From NCBI GenBank assembly GCA_042219045.1, contig JBDGQO010000038.1, forward strand, positions 18,821 through 55,700: a stretch of 36,880 nucleotides of DNA, in the 5' to 3' direction. The notes beneath the pieces are model-generated. The model was not told the DNA's origin. It saw only the letters and a list, made by a program, of their open reading frames with translations, and ran no database searches. The position numbers were made by a program, and so were the translations under genes. Of the stretch, positions 35,908-36,880 are shown piece after piece. This DNA is from Candidatus Bipolaricaulia bacterium (GTDB lineage: Bacteria > Bipolaricaulota > Bipolaricaulia > RBG-16-55-9). Numbering within the stretch: position 1 is the stretch's first letter; every line of letters starts with the position of its first letter.

Positions 35908-36069
35908 ATGATGCGCGACACCATGACGATCTACTTCCCGCAAGAACAACAGGAACAGGACGTCTTGAGCCGCCTGCAAAAGCTGGCTCAATCGAAGGAC
36001 CGCTCCGTCAACTACGTGGCCGTCCAGGCCATTCTGGACTACGTAGAGCAGGCGGAACGTTCCGACTGA
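35908..36069 (+). CDS. Ribbon-helix-helix (CopG/Arc-like) DNA-binding protein, 53 aa (not in ORF track)
   Basis: GAGGAGG RBS; MMRDTMTIYFPQEQQEQDVLSRLQKLAQSKDRSVNYVAVQAILDYVEQAERSD. Confidence 0.8.
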   Translation: MMRDTMTIYFPQEQQEQDVLSRLQKLAQSKDRSVNYVAVQAILDYVEQAERSD

Positions 36070-36113
36070 ACGACGGCCTTGTCCTTATAGCTGAACGGCC
36101 CAGACGTTCGGTA

Positions 36114-36236
36114 CCGCAAGCCCCTAGCCAACCGCCCAGCTTCTGGGACTGACCTGCAGCGCGACGGGCCGACGCCTGGGCCGTGACCCCTCCTGTGTTA
36201 GTGAGAAGGGGATACGGCCCGTAAGGGGGCTTACAG
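36114..36236 (-). ncRNA. Candidate multi-stem structured RNA, family unidentified
   Basis: Nested helices whose wobble pairs are G-U only on the - strand; no convincing ORF. Confidence 0.35.
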
Positions 36237-36262
36237 AAGCCGCACCCACTGCCCGTTATCAT
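36221..36262 (+). promoter_or_regulatory. GTAAG-N4-CTTAC site 22 nt before a TATCAT -10 box, upstream of the CMD gene
   Basis: 16/19 identity to 7705-7723 and identical spacing to the -10 box. Confidence 0.55.
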
Positions 36263-36335
36263 CCCGCCAGCTTGCGCGTCATCAGCGCATGCCCAGACTC
36301 CACACCGTCAACGCAACCCGAGGAGGGTTCAAGCC

Positions 36336-36880
36336 ATGGCCACCGCTGAGAAGCAGATGTGGTTCGAAAAGCACGCCCCGGAGATGGCCGCCAAGTGGTC
36401 CGAGTTCGGCGATGCCATTAACGAAAGCGGCGAACTCGACGCCAAGACCCGCGAGCTGATCACCGTCGCCTCAACCACCGTGCTCCGCTGCCAGCACTGC
36501 ACCAAGGCCCATATCCACCGGGCCAAGAAGGCCGACGCCAGTCCCGAAGAGATCTCCGAGGCCCTCATGGTCGCCTCGCTGATCAGCAGCGGGACGCAAC
36601 TGTTCTGGATGAACGACGACTACGAGAAACTGCTCGGTGACCATCATGGGGATTCGGAGACGCCGTGGTTTGCGGAGCAGACCGACGCCATGGGCGCGGA
36701 GTGGCTGACGTTCCATGACAAGGTCTACGAGGACAGCGCCCTCGATCGCAAGACGAAAGAGCTCGTCGCCACGGCGGTCGCCACGCTTGAGCGTTGCACC
36801 CACTGCACGCGCGGCCATATCCAGGGCAGCTTGGAGCACGGCGCGAGCAAGGCGGAAGTGAGCGAGGCGATCATGGTGGC
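36336..36880 (+). CDS. Tandem carboxymuconolactone decarboxylase / AhpD-like protein (partial)
   Basis: AGGAGG RBS; two repeats LDAKTRELI...CQHC and LDRKTKELV...CTHC; runs off the window. Confidence 0.88.
   Translation, partial: MATAEKQMWFEKHAPEMAAKWSEFGDAINESGELDAKTRELITVASTTVLRCQHCTKAHIHRAKKADASPEEISEALMVASLISSGTQLFWMNDDYEKLLGDHHGDSETPWFAEQTDAMGAEWLTFHDKVYEDSALDRKTKELVATAVATLERCTHCTRGHIQGSLEHGASKAEVSEAIMV

Noticed and set aside
36114..36236. SRP or 6S RNA identity for the structured region
   Set aside because: CAGGTCAG is SRP-like, but the GNRA loop and AGCAG are missing; the fold is branched rather than a 6S-like rod.
1..36880. CRISPR arrays, tRNA/rRNA, transposases, prophage or defence systems
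   Set aside because: No regularly spaced repeats, cloverleafs or recognisable mobile-element or defence proteins were seen.

Overview
A GC-rich (roughly two-thirds GC by eye) bacterial window. Many of its proteins are Asp/Glu-rich, which suggests a halophile. The gene mix is reminiscent of Ca. Bipolaricaulota/Acetothermia, but that taxonomy is inference only. The core (~7.8-28.5 kb) is a GntR-associated locus that appears to encode complete mineralisation of a sulfosugar glyceroside, most likely sulfoquinovosyl-glycerol, in one organism. It has an AglEFG/GgtBCD-like ABC importer, a GH4 glycosidase (no GH31 or GH188 sulfoquinovosidase is present), a fucose/arabinose-isomerase-fold isomerase, a YihV-like PfkB kinase, a LacD/YihT-type aldolase and a GabD/SlaB-like aldehyde dehydrogenase. 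It also has the SlcC+ComC sulfolactate racemisation pair, SuyAB sulfo-lyase, a signal-peptide-less sulfite oxidase, glpK-glpD for the glycerol moiety, a GH32-like hydrolase and a sulfatase. Flanking genes include an S8 protease/FnIII lipoprotein pair, a dihaem cytochrome c, an archaeal-type ATP-dependent DNA ligase, HU, RemA, a small ribbon-helix-helix protein and a tandem CMD/AhpD protein. Non-coding signals include a shared GTAAG-N4-CTTAC site 22 nt upstream of two -10 boxes, 7-bp operator-like repeats, a candidate -1 ribosomal frameshift gene, several leaderless genes and a candidate structured RNA.
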